This document shows, piece by piece, positions 27,301 through 40,700 of a stretch of 64,000 nt of DNA (within the stretch, counting starts at the first letter, position 1; the number at the start of each line of letters is the position of its first letter). The stretch spans positions 139,748,001 through 139,812,000 of the forward strand of contig OX597817.1 in assembly GCA_951406725.2 (NCBI GenBank), written 5' to 3'. A program made the translations under genes and the position numbers. The notes under the pieces were generated by a model. It saw only the letters and a list, made by a program, of their open reading frames with translations, made no database searches and was not told the DNA's origin. The DNA is from Octopus vulgaris. Its lineage: Eukaryota.

Positions 27301-29095
27301 TATATAGGACATCTCTTGCAACCTTATATAGGCCATCTCTTGCAACCTTATATAGGCCATCTCTTGCGACCTTATATAGGAAATCTCTTGCGACCTTATA
27401 TAGGGCATCTCTTGTGACCTTATATAGGACATCTTATGACATTGTTTGAAATTATATATCTTGCAACCTTATATAGGACATCTCTTGCAACCTTATATAG
27501 GCCATCTCTTGCGACCTTATATAGGAAATCTCTTGCGACCTTATATAGGACATCTCTAGTGACTTTATTTAGGACATCTCTTGCGACTTTATATAGGACA
27601 TCTCTAGTGACCTTATATAGGACATCTCTTGTGACCTTATATAGGACATCTATAGTGACTTTATATAGGACATCTCTTCTGACTTTATTTAGGACATCTC
27701 TTGCGACCTTATATAGGACATATCTTGCGACCTTATATAGGACATCTCTTGCGACCTTATATAGGACATCTCTTGCGACTTTATATAGGACATCTCTTGC
27801 GACCTTATATAGGACATCTCTTGCGACCTTATATAGGACATCTCTTGCGACTTTATATAGGACATCTCTTGCGACTTTATATAGGACATCTATTGCGACT
27901 TTATATAGGACATCTCTTGGGATCGTATATAGGACATCTCTTGCTATCTTATATAGGACATCTCTTGCTATCTTATATAGGACATCTCTTGCGACATTAT
28001 ATAGGACATCTCTTGCGACCTTATATAGGATATCTTATGACATCGTTTGAAATTATATATATGACATCACTTGTGACCTTACATAAGACATCTCTTGGGA
28101 CCTTATATAGGACATCTCTTGTGGCCCTATATAGGACATCTCTTGTGACCTTATATAGGACATCTCTAGTGACTTTATATAGGACATCTCTATTGACTTT
28201 ATATAGGACATCTCTAGTGACCTTATATAGGACATCTCTAGTGACCTTATATAGGACATCTCTTGTGACCTTATATAGGACATCTGTAGTGACTTTATAT
28301 AGGACATCTCTTCTGACTTTATTTAGGACATCTCTTGCGACCTTATATAGGACATATCTTGCGACCTTATATAGGACATCTCTTCTGACTTTATTTAGGA
28401 CATCTCTTGTGACCTTATATAGGACATCTCTTGCGACCTTATATAGGACATCTCTTGCGACCTTATATAGGACATCTCTTGTGACTTTATATAGGACATC
28501 TCTTGCGACTTTATATAGGACATCTCTTGCTATCTTATATAAGACATCTCTTGCGACATTATATAGGACATCTCTTGCGACCTTATATAGGACATCTCTT
28601 GCGGCCTTGTCTATAATATGAAGAAACAAGCTGGAAAAATATGTGAAATGAACTTTTATTTTCTCTTTGCAACATTTCATGCATGAATTAAGAGCAAGTT
28701 TCCTTGTGGTCCTTTGATTTTATGGTTGTAGCTTTTGATAAAGACAACCAAACACCACGCTTGTCTGATAAGACTGCTCCCAGTTGTTAAGTTTACATTA
28801 AAAATGTGACATTCAAATCGTTACTATGCACAGTTGTTGTTGTTGTTGTTTGCTTTAGTTTCTTTTTAATCAACTCTCTCTCTGTTCATGTAAGAGTTCC
28901 TCTTGTATATCTGAAGGCTGTAGAGTTTCTTGTCTGTTTTATTCTCTTCCTGATATCAACTTTCAGATTAAAATGTGAGCACTTTCTCTCCAGCAAAGGT
29001 GCTTTGTGTCACAAACTGTACGAGATGACATTTAACTCTGTTTCTTAACATTGATAACACACTGATATGTGAAATAGCATTGAAGAAGGAAAGGA

Positions 29096-29156
<61 letters not shown>

Positions 29157-29472
29157 TACACATACACATACATACATATATATATATACACATACACACA
29201 CATACATACATATGTATAAACACATACACACACGTCAATGTGTATATATATATATATGTATATATATATACATAATTACATAAACACAGATACACATATA
29301 TATATGTAGACACATATATACATACACACACATATTATATATATATATTTATGTATATATATATTTATTCATACATATACATTTATGCATACGTACATAT
29401 GTGTGTGTGTATATATAGATACATATGTATGATGATGATATGTATCTATATGTATATAGTTATATATATAGG

Positions 29473-29504
<32 letters not shown>

Positions 29505-29906
29505 GGAATTTGTAGCTTTGTGGTACCAGTGCCGGTGGCACATAAGAAAACCATCCGAACGTGGGCGTAGCCAGTACCGCATCGACTGGCCTCCATGCTG
29601 GTGGCACATAACAAACACCATCCAATCGTGGCCGTGCCAACCTTGCCTGGCCTCCGTGCCGGTGGCACGTAAAAAACACCATCCGAGCGTGGGCGTTCGC
29701 CAGCCTCGTCTGGCACCTGTGTCGGTGGCACATAAAAAGCACCCACTACACTCACGGAGTGGTTGGCGTTAGGAAGGGCATCCAGCTGTAGAAACACTGC
29801 CAGATCTGACTGGCCTGCTGCAGCCTTCGGGCTTCCCAGACCCCAGTTGAACTGTCCAACCCATGCTAGCATGGAAAGCGGACGTTAAACGATGATGATG
29901 ATGATG

Positions 29907-29950
<44 letters not shown>

Positions 29951-32900
29951 TAGCAGCATAGCCTGGCGTTGCCCGGGTATGTAAGAGCCCCTAGTAGGCA
30001 ACGACTAATCCCAATCTAGTCCTTTCCCTCTAGGGAACGAAGGCACATGTGTAGGTTGCAATGTCTTCTCTTCACTCCCAAATAACTATCAAACAGCTAT
30101 CGATAATTCAACCCAACCAATTCCTACCAGGAAGAAATTACATTCGGGACTTTACCCCCAACACCGCCACTTCTGCTAATAGCTGCTGCAGCCGCAAGTT
30201 ATTCGAATACTTTTTTTGTTTACACTTTCTTTATAACTACCACCCCAAACATTTACCGTAAATTTTTGATGTACCCTAAGGGTCCTCGGACGCTACTTGC
30301 AAACTCTTGGTTTATTATAAACCGCTTTTGTCGTGTGCATCAAAAAACCTTTTCCATTCGTTTGTTCAGTTTGGTCACTTTTGACTTTTTCGTTGTTGTC
30401 ACTCACATTGCTGCCTGCTTTTTTGCCGTTTTTGTACATTTTTATACATTTTGGGATACTTACCCCACGTGTTCCGAGAGTTAAAAAGGTCGAGTTGCGT
30501 CCCCTAGACAGTCTGTAGAAAATGTGTTGCATATAAAAAGCTTAGATTCTCGACCCATGTCAAATTTATCGATTTTTTTTCTGAACTGGGGGAACTTTTC
30601 AAAATTTTCGCTGCGTTAGTTTTGAATTATGACATTGGGCTACGTGTGTGTCAAGTTTCACCAGAATCGGTTGAAAGCCGTGGTCAGGGTGAGGGTACAA
30701 CCTGACAGACACACAGACAGACAAACTGCCGTTTATATATAGATATATATATATATGGATATATACATAAATACATATATTTTTTTTTTTTTTCTAGTTT
30801 CAGCTCATAGCTGTGGCCATGCTGATGCACCGCCGTTTTGTGCTGCACTGTTATTGCGATGAACCTCGTCTAATATGTGGCACTTGGTGAAGAATGGAGT
30901 TTGATACAGCTACCCTCATTTGCACCTCTTGCCGTGAGATAGGTTCATCTGGGACTCTTGACAAGAAGATGTCCAGCTTTGATTTAAAAACCGCTACATT
31001 TACTTTGTGCAAGTTCCTCAGACTCTTTGGGAGAATATTAAAAAGCTGTGGGCCCTTGAAACCCAGGCTGTTGCAGAAGCTGGTCCTGAAGTGTGATGGC
31101 ATTGCTGGGATCTTTGGCACTATGCAGTGTCATCCCGTTCTAGCATTGGTGTAACTTACAATGCCAAAATTTGGCACAATTCCTTCCAGGATCTTCCAGA
31201 CATACCTCTTCCGTCTTCTCTCCAGGGAGTAGAGTCTTAGCTGTTTCAACCTTTCCCAGTATCTGAGCTGTTGCAAAGAGACGATCTTCTTTGTGAATCT
31301 TCTCTGGATTGCTTCAAGGTCCGCTGTTAATTTTACACTGGTGGGTGACCATAGCTGTGAGCAGTAGTCCAGGCAACTGAGGACGAATGTCTGCCAGAGG
31401 ACCATCATGGTTTCCTTATCTCTGGTTCTGAATGTTCTTAGGATCCACCCAGCCAGTCGTCTGCACTTTGTCGCCCTCCTGGTAATGTGCAGTTGGAAAG
31501 AGGTATCATCACTCAAGTCGATACCCAGGTCCCTCACAGACTTAGGCTCTGGGATTGAAATTCTCTGTGGACCGGTGTATCCTGTAAGTTTAATATTCAG
31601 TTTTGGATGCTGGTAGCGCAGGGCCTGGAATTTTTCAGCATTAAACTGCATATTATTATCCTCAGCCCATCTGTAGATTGAGTCCAACTCCTGCTGCAGG
31701 TGTGCAACATTGCTGGGGTTCTGTATTTTCTGTGAGACTTTCGTATCGTCTGCATAGCTGGCCAGAGTGGCTATCCAGGCATTTGAGGGCATATCTGAGA
31801 GGGCCACTATAAAAAGCAGTGGTCCCAAGACAGTACCCTGTGGAACACCGCTCACTATTTGTGTGTTCATAGAGGTGGCTCCATTAACCACTACTGCCTG
31901 ACTCCTTTCTTTCAGGAAGTCATGCAACCACACTCCAAGTTTTCCAGCTATGCCGAGGTCACGTAGTTTGTGGCATATCATACCATGATCCACCTTGTCA
32001 AAAGCTTTTGCAAAATCAAGGTAGATTACGTCCACATTTGATTTGTTGAGTAACTGCCTCAACACCCAGTCATAATGCTGTAAGAGCTGGGTCAGGCAGC
32101 TCCTACCTGGTCGAAAACCATGCTGGGTATTACTCAGCAAGTTATTTTCCTCAAGGAATGCGATTAGTTTCTTTCTGACTATCCTTTCCATGACTTTGCT
32201 GATGTGTGAAGTCAGAGAGATAGGCCTATAGTTTTTGGCATCTGCTCTACTTCCCCCTTTATGTATTGGGCATATTATTCCCTCCTTCAGCTTGCTTGGC
32301 AGTTTGCCATTCGCAAGAAAGCTCTGGAAGAGAATCTTGAGGGGTTTTGCCAGGGCATGCTTACACGCTTTGAGGAGGATGGCTGGGAAACCGTCTGGAC
32401 CAGCAGCTGAGTTTGTGTCCACTTCATCTATGGCTAGTAGGACATCTTTTTCGCTAATGTCAATACATTCTATTGTAACCGCCTCGCTGGTTATAGGTGA
32501 GGCGGCAAAGAAGTCCACTGGTTCGTTCACTTGTCTGTGTTCCAATGGGGTGGTAAAGACACTTTTGAACTGGTCATTCAGCATCTCACTGATCTTAGTT
32601 GGACTGTCTGTGAGGGAGCCATCCTTTTGGAGGAGGGGTCCTATCTTGTAGTGCACTGAAACTGTTTCTTTCACGTAATGAAAGAAGGCTTTGGGTTTGA
32701 TTTAATGTTTTTTATAACCCAGGCTTCTTTGTCTGCTTTCTCCTTCACATAGGATTGTTGCAGCCTTTTTTCGATCTCCATCAGTATTGTTTTTAGGCGG
32801 GACATTTCGCTACTTTTGGGATGTTGGTTGAGACGATTTGCAACCTTCGTCCGTCGTCTCATGAGGATCTTCCTGTCTCTTGGAATCTTGCTCCTATTTG

Positions 32901-34863
32901 TTTTGGCCTTGTGCTCTGGGGCATATTTCTGGCATGCAGCTTGCACAGAAGACATGAAACATTCTAGTTTCATGTCAATGTCTGGTGTGGAGAGACATTC
33001 CGGCCAGTCCTCTCTGAGGATCTCTTTTTGGATCGATTTCCAATCTGCTTTGTGGAAGTTCAGATTGGAGAGATTTCGGTGCTTCCTTTAGGCTGTATTT
33101 CTCTGGTTACTTTCGGCCCAAACATAGACAGCTCTATTATGTTGTGATCCGAAACTGATGTTGGTGTCACTTTCACATCATGAATGATGTCCATATTGTT
33201 TGTGAAGCAGAGATCCAGAATGTTATTCGCCCTAGTTGGCTTGAGTACAACTTGCTCCATGAATAAGGCATTGGTGAGGTTGAGCAGGGACTCCACCTGT
33301 ACTTGCAATGATTCATTCCTGAGAGTATGTGACCTTCAGGCCATTTGACATTGGGGAAGTTGAAATCACCCATAAGAAATATGGTCACGTGGCGTTCCAG
33401 ATTCATGAGGATTTCTTTAATTCTTGTGAGGCAATCTTCAAACTTGCCTATATGATTTGGGGCATCTGGTGGGCAATATGTATTGCATATGACTATATTA
33501 TGTTGTCTTATGTATACAATTAAGGTGTCACATACCGAATTTGAGTATGGGGTGTGAGGTCATCTCGGATGTATACAGCAACTCCACCATGGCTCCTTTC
33601 CCTTCTGTCTGTTCGCAGTATGGCATAGTTTGGTATGTGTACTTCTGCGTCCTCTATATCAAGGTTGAGGTGAGTTTCCACAAGTGCTATGCATAGGGCT
33701 TGATTGTATGCAGTAAGATCTCTCAGGAAAGAAATTTTGTTTCTATTTTGATGCAACAGGCCCCCAATATTTAGTAAAAGTATTGGGGTGATGGCTGTGC
33801 AGGCGTTAGGGGAGGCCATCCCGTGTCTGTTGACTGTGGTGGTCTTGCATAGTGGTGGGCAGGGTTCCTTCTCTGTGCTTGGTGTAGTCAGGTTAGCTGC
33901 TGGACAATTCTTTCCGCCATGCATAAAAAAGACTCTTATCAAAAGGAAAGGATACAGACAGTATGAACCAATCTAACTTGAAATTTATATTGTTGTCTTT
34001 AAGACACCAAACTAATTTACTTAGCCCTGTACTATGTCGTTTTTTACTATCCCTGAATGTTGAATAATGGTTTGAAATTCTCTTGGATAACTGGGAAGAG
34101 AATTTCAAACCAATATAAATTTCAAGTTAGATTGGTTCATACTGTCTGTATCCTTTCCTTTTGATAAGGGCAGGAGATTTTGTAACATTTGCAACTCTGA
34201 ACTCTTTCATATTCTCTTCTCTAAGGTTCCCCTAGTAAACACACTCAGAAAAATCATAAAAATGTAAACACTGGCAGAAACATACTTTCTACTCATATAA
34301 ATGATAACGATAGTCACTGTGGTTTGAACAATTAGCTTTATGTCCACCCCACTTCAATACCGAATTTCTTTCCTAAGCCTTTGAACATTCTTTCAATCAA
34401 CATACCCTTCCGTCTCCACTTGTTCCCTACCTATTATTCCTTTAACCCTTCTCTTCCTACTATCTATCTTTGACGTCAATTCTTCTAACGTTTTTTTTAA
34501 AAAAACACTCATTATCGTTTTGTTTACCATGTAGGCAGTCATTGAAATTTTTGTTTGTCTTGTTGTCGAGAGAGGCTCCCTTTCTTTCCTGATGAGAAGA
34601 TTGCATAATGCCTCCTTTATTCCTTTGGAATGAAATCATGTTGTCTTCGAAACATATGTCGAGAGTAAAGGAATTTTGTTAACATCTTCATTCAACTCCA
34701 TTCTTTCATTTATTCATATACAACACACAAATTTCTGCACCTGAACCCGGAGTTTCTACCCTTGGACAGGTCGCTTCAACTGTGTTTCTGACGTGAATTT
34801 GCTACCCAGGTTTCGGTTAATTGAATTTTCCATGCTGACGATAAACATAGGATAATTCATTCA

Positions 34864-34897
<34 letters not shown>

Positions 34898-35369
34898 TAG
34901 ATATATATATATATATATATAGATAGATAGATGTATATGTATATATAGATAGATAGATGTATATGTATGTATATGTATAGATAGATAGATAGATAGATGT
35001 ATATGTATAGATAGATAGATAGATAGATGTATAGATAGATAGATAGATAGATTGTATATGTATAGATAGATAGATAGATAGATGTATAGATAGATAGATA
35101 GATAGATGTATAGATAGATAGATAGATAGATGTATAGATAGATAGATAGATAGATGTATAGATAGATAGATAGATAGATAGATGTATAGATAGATAGATA
35201 GATAGATGTATATGTATAGATAGATAGATAGATGTATATGTATAGATAGATAGATAGATAGATGTATATGTATAGATAGATATAGATGTATATAGATAGA
35301 TAGATATATGATAGGTATATATATAGATATATATATATATATATAAATGTAGATATATATAGATGTATG

Positions 35370-35414
<45 letters not shown>

Positions 35415-35433
35415 GATGTAGCTATATATATGG

Positions 35434-35475
<42 letters not shown>

Positions 35476-37729
35476 ATATATAGATATGGATTTGCACACA
35501 CACACATATATATATACATATATAAATAGATATAGATATATATATATATATAGATATGTATAGATATATATATATAGACTAGCAGTATCGCCCGGCGTTG
35601 CTCGGGTTTGTAAGGGAAATAACTATATAAGCATTTTTAGAGAGTTATAGCCAAAAAATAGCAAAAAAATGCATTAAAAATTGAAAAAAAATTAAGGTAA
35701 TTTTTTTTTTTAAATCGTTGACACATCGTAGATATTTTTAGAGAGTTACTTCCCTTATATAATAACGAAAAATATGCATTAAAATGGAAAAATATGATGG
35801 TAAATTTTTTTTAAATCGTAGACTCATCGTAGACGTGCGCTAATACCCAGAAGGGCTCGATATGAATCACGACTATAAGATACCCGCTTTTGGTTAAACT
35901 ACACCGCAAAATGTGGGAGTAGTTACGAATCTAAATCGTAGGAGACAGACACACAACTTCACTCTTATATATAAAGATATAAGCCACGTAGTTATATACA
36001 CATACTTTGTTATATACACATTCTTAAAAGAAAATGTTATTTTGAACACAACATTTACAAAGAATAAAATATTTTTTGGTTTTTCTTAACCCTTTCGTTA
36101 CTATATTTCTGACCAAAATACACCCCTTATGTGTTTCAATTAATTTCTAACGTAATCATAAATTTAGTCTGGTTTCATTAAACAACTATAACTTTTTTAT
36201 TTATGAATATATTAATCTGATTTTTGGAAGATAATTTAGTGAAATGTTCTCAACCAATTCTATACTATAAGTTTTGTCACAAAGTGACTCTAATTGCAGG
36301 TAGATACAGGTAAATTCAACAATATATAAATTATTAAAATTTTGTTCAAACATCGCTATAGAAAATGGGTTATTAGCTAATATTCAGTTGGGTATACAAC
36401 AAAATTTTACGATAGAATTTGTTATTCTGGGTAACTTTCTAATACCCATAATAATATTTATGGCAAAATAGGCCTTAATTTCATTTAAGGTTGTGGGAAA
36501 TAACAAACTATTGTTTCTTTCGCTTTGTTTAGGTTGAGATCAAAATAGCACATGCTTTTTTTTTTCAGTCATAGAGTTAGATTTATGAAGGTCTTCAGTA
36601 GAAAATCCTTCAAATTCTGACTCGCTGCTTGATATAATGAAATTCGTATCCATTTTTTGTCAGAATTACAAATTTTGAAAACACAATAGGAACAAATTTC
36701 GGAAAAGAATCTCCCATAATTCATGGAATTAAAATTACACTTCGATTTTTGTACAAAACTGTAGTTGAACTGTTTACGAAGTATAATACGTGTTTTCACG
36801 AATGTTCTAAAGAGATTTACTCTGATATTCTCATTTAAATATGAATAGGTAAATTTGGGCGGCTTGGTCACATGAACCAAAATTTTTTTCGGGCGGTTTG
36901 GTAACGAAAGGGTTAAACGGATGCATACATTTATTAATAACTATATATAAGTGTCGTCTGTTTATACATAAACACTGTTTCATACTGCAATTATATATAC
37001 ATATATCTATATATAATATTATATAATAAAATATATACAGAGTAAAATAAAAACCAATTTACCTTTTCTGTATTGTTATTCGACCGTCCGTGTGTCTTTG
37101 CAAATGTGTTGGAATGATAAGTGAGTTGTGTTTTGGCGCCTTTTTTTACTAATAACAAACACACACGTGTTTGTATGTAGTTGTTTGAAACGTTTGTGTT
37201 TGCCACTCTCATATATGTATGTGTATGCGTGTGTGTGAGGAATGACACACACACACTCACGCACGCACACATGTACATCAATGCTTTTATGAGCGTCATA
37301 GAGAGAAACAAATATTACATCGCCATCGCCATCGCCATCGCATTCTATTTTCTACCTGTCAACACACAGTGAATTAGTTTGTTTATTCATTGCACACTGT
37401 GTGTGTGCGTTTGCGTGTGCTGTAAACCAGACTAAGAAAAGCATTTGACACACACACCAGAATGTGAGTTTTCTGTAAATTTTGCTTAATTGGAGTTTAA
37501 ATTTTAAAAACTGGACCTGGCATGACGCGATGCATTGTACTCTTAAAAATGCTAGGTAAATTGTAATTGAAGAAATCCTATATTGTAGATTTGTATAACT
37601 CCCAAAGGGAGGCAGATAAAATCTGCCTTTTATAATAAGAGATAGATATGGATATGTACACGCATACACACACACACACATATATATATTTCATGTCCTA
37701 ATACATCTCTTAGTGTATATATATATATA

Positions 37730-37770
<41 letters not shown>

Positions 37771-40700
37771 CATCATCATCATTTAACATCTGTTTTCCAT
37801 GCTGGCATGTGTTGGACAGGGGACTGGCAAATCAGTAGGCTGCACCAGACTCCATTCTGATTTGGCAAGGTTTCTACAGCTGGATGCCTTCCTAATGCCA
37901 ACCATTCAGTGAGAGTAGTAGGTGCTTTTTACGTGTCACTGGCACGGGGAGCCAGTGAGGCAGCACTGGTATCAGCCACACACACACACACACACACATA
38001 CACACAATTAAACACATATCAGAAAAGAGGCACACGCTAAAGAATAGAGCAGTGATTATTAAAACAAAAATTTTAAGTCTGGTCATAGAGTGACCAAGGG
38101 TTTCGTGTCCACGAAAGCCAAAGCTTTGTGGACAACTTGTCTGACTCTATATATATATACTAGCAGTATCGCCCGGCGTTGCTCGGGTTTGTAAGGGAAA
38201 TAATTATATAAGCATTTTTAGAGATGTAAAGTATAATAGCCATCTCAATATGGCTAACCACAAAGGGGGAGGGGTGTTACTGTAGCTTTTTACGTTCTGA
38301 GATTTAATAATAAATTTTAGAGAGTTACTTCCCTTATATATGTCAAAAATGGATTAAAAATGGGAAAAATTGATGGTAATTTTTTTTTTAATCGTAGACT
38401 CATCGTAGACGCGCGCTAATACCCAGACGGTCTCGATATGAATCACGACTATAAGATACCCGGTTTTGGTTAAACTGCACCGCAAAATGTGGGAGTAGTT
38501 AGGAATCTAAATCGTAGGAGACAGACACACAACCTCACTTTTATATATAAAGATTTCCTCTATTTACATAATATTGAGGTCTCTTTCTTTCTTTTGTTAT
38601 CTTACTGTTTTTACCAATATACATATATATATATATATATAAATATATATATAGTTACAGAGATGTACTTGCATAGCAAGTGACTTGATCTGAGATCGTG
38701 TGCTGGAACGAAAACAGTTGCAGCGTTGAAGGTGTTTATAAGCCATTTAAGAAACACACAAAAACCGTTAGATTCACTTCAACATTTAAATTTAATTTGT
38801 CAAAATATTTTCGTCGCTTTGAGACCGCGACCTGTTAGCACGATATTTTTGTCAGTGAACAGGTCGCGGTCTGAAAGCGACGAAAATATTTTGGCAAATT
38901 AAATTTAAATGTTGAAGTGAATGTAACGGTTTTTGTGTGTTTCTTAAATGGCTTACAAACACCTTCCACGCTGCAATATATATATACACACATATATATA
39001 TATGTATGTATGTATGTATGTATATGTGTATGCATGTATGTGTGTGTGTGTGCGTGTCTGTGCTTGTGATTGTCCTCCACCACTGCTTGACAACGAATGT
39101 TGGTTTGTTTACATCCCTGTCACCTAGTGGTTTGACAAAGGAAACAGATAGAATAAGTACAATGCTTACAAAAATAAAACTGGAGTTGATTCATTAAACT
39201 ACAATTCTTCAAGGCATTGCCCCAGCATGGCCACAGAGCAATGGCTGGAAAAAGCAGAAGAATAAAAGAATTGAGGGGGACCTCTACATGGTAGCTAGAC
39301 CTGGTAGAAATAGCAGCAAAATTTCCCCCAAATCACACCTTACTGTCTTATCTATGTATATATGTATGTATGAGCCTATGAGGGAGACCCCTACATGGCA
39401 GCTAGACATGGTAGAAATAGCAGCCAAATCTCCCTCAAATCACACCTTACTGTCTTATCTTTCTGCTACTTGGATATAGGTGTTATATTCATCTAAAAAA
39501 ACTTTCCTGTCACACACTCACGCACACGCACACACACACACACACGCACCGTCACACACACACACACGCGCACACACACACACACACGCACGTTAGCTTA
39601 CAATTTTATTTATATATTTGCGTGTGTATGTGTGGAAAGAGGAAGTGGGAGGCAGAGTGAAAGAATCACTCACCACAGTAAGTGAATTAGTTTCATTTTA
39701 TTCGTTGCCCACTGTGTGTGTGCGTTTGCGTGTGGTGTAAACCAGACTAAGAAAAGCATTTGACACACACACCAGAATGTGAGTTTTCTGTAAATTTTGC
39801 TTAATTGGAGTTTAAATTTTAAAAACTGGACCTGGCATGACGCGATGCATTGTACTCTTAAAAATGCCAGGTAAATTGTAATTGAAGAAATCCTATATTG
39901 TAGATTTGTATAACTCCCAAAGGGAGGCAGATAAAATCTGCCTTTTATAATAAGAGATATATATATACACATACATATGTGTCCTGTATCCATATATGCA
40001 TGTATATATACATATTTATGTAGGTATGTACATATATGTATGTATATATGCATATATTTATATATTATTTATATTATTATATATATACACTAGCAGTATC
40101 GCCCGGCGTTGCTCGGGTTTGTAAGGGAAATAACTATATAAGCATTTTTAGAGAGTTATAGCCAAAAAATAGCAAAAAATGCATTAAAAATGGAAAAAAT
40201 ATGATGGTAAATTTTTTTTTAAATCGTTGACTCATCGTAGACATTTTTAGAGAGTTACTTCCCTTATATAATAGCGAAAAAATGCATTAAAATGGAAAAA
40301 AAATGGTAAATTTTTTTTTAAATCGTAGACTCATGTAGACGCTTTCTTAGCCATTTCTGTTTTGGTGTCTTCAAGCCATGAAGTCGTTGTTCTAAAAGAA
40401 CACTGGTCTCCTTGACAACGCATTACGACGTTGATTTCCTTACACTCCCTTCCCCACAGGTGCAGATGTGAGCGTGGACGCCAACTCCGCCGCCATCGAC
40501 ACACGAAAAATTATGCATTAAAATGGAATAAAAAATGATGTTAAATTATTTTTAAAATCGTAGACTCATCGTAGACGCGCGCTAATATTCAGACGGGCTC
40601 GATATGAATCACGACTATAAGCTAGCCGAATTTGGTTAAACTGTACCGCAAAATGTGGGAGTAGTTAGGAATCTAAATCGAAGGGGACAGACACTCACAC

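Noticed and set aside
27210-28680. Long repetitive ORFs (RTSLATLY)n and (DVLYKVAR)n; a possible CRISPR-like array
   Set aside because: These are products of a stop-poor 24-bp tandem repeat. There are no unique spacers and no cas genes, and the context is a eukaryotic intron.
34857-35563. 200-aa YI/YLSI-rich ORFs (also near 29000, 41250 and 47850)
   Set aside because: Translations of microsatellites.
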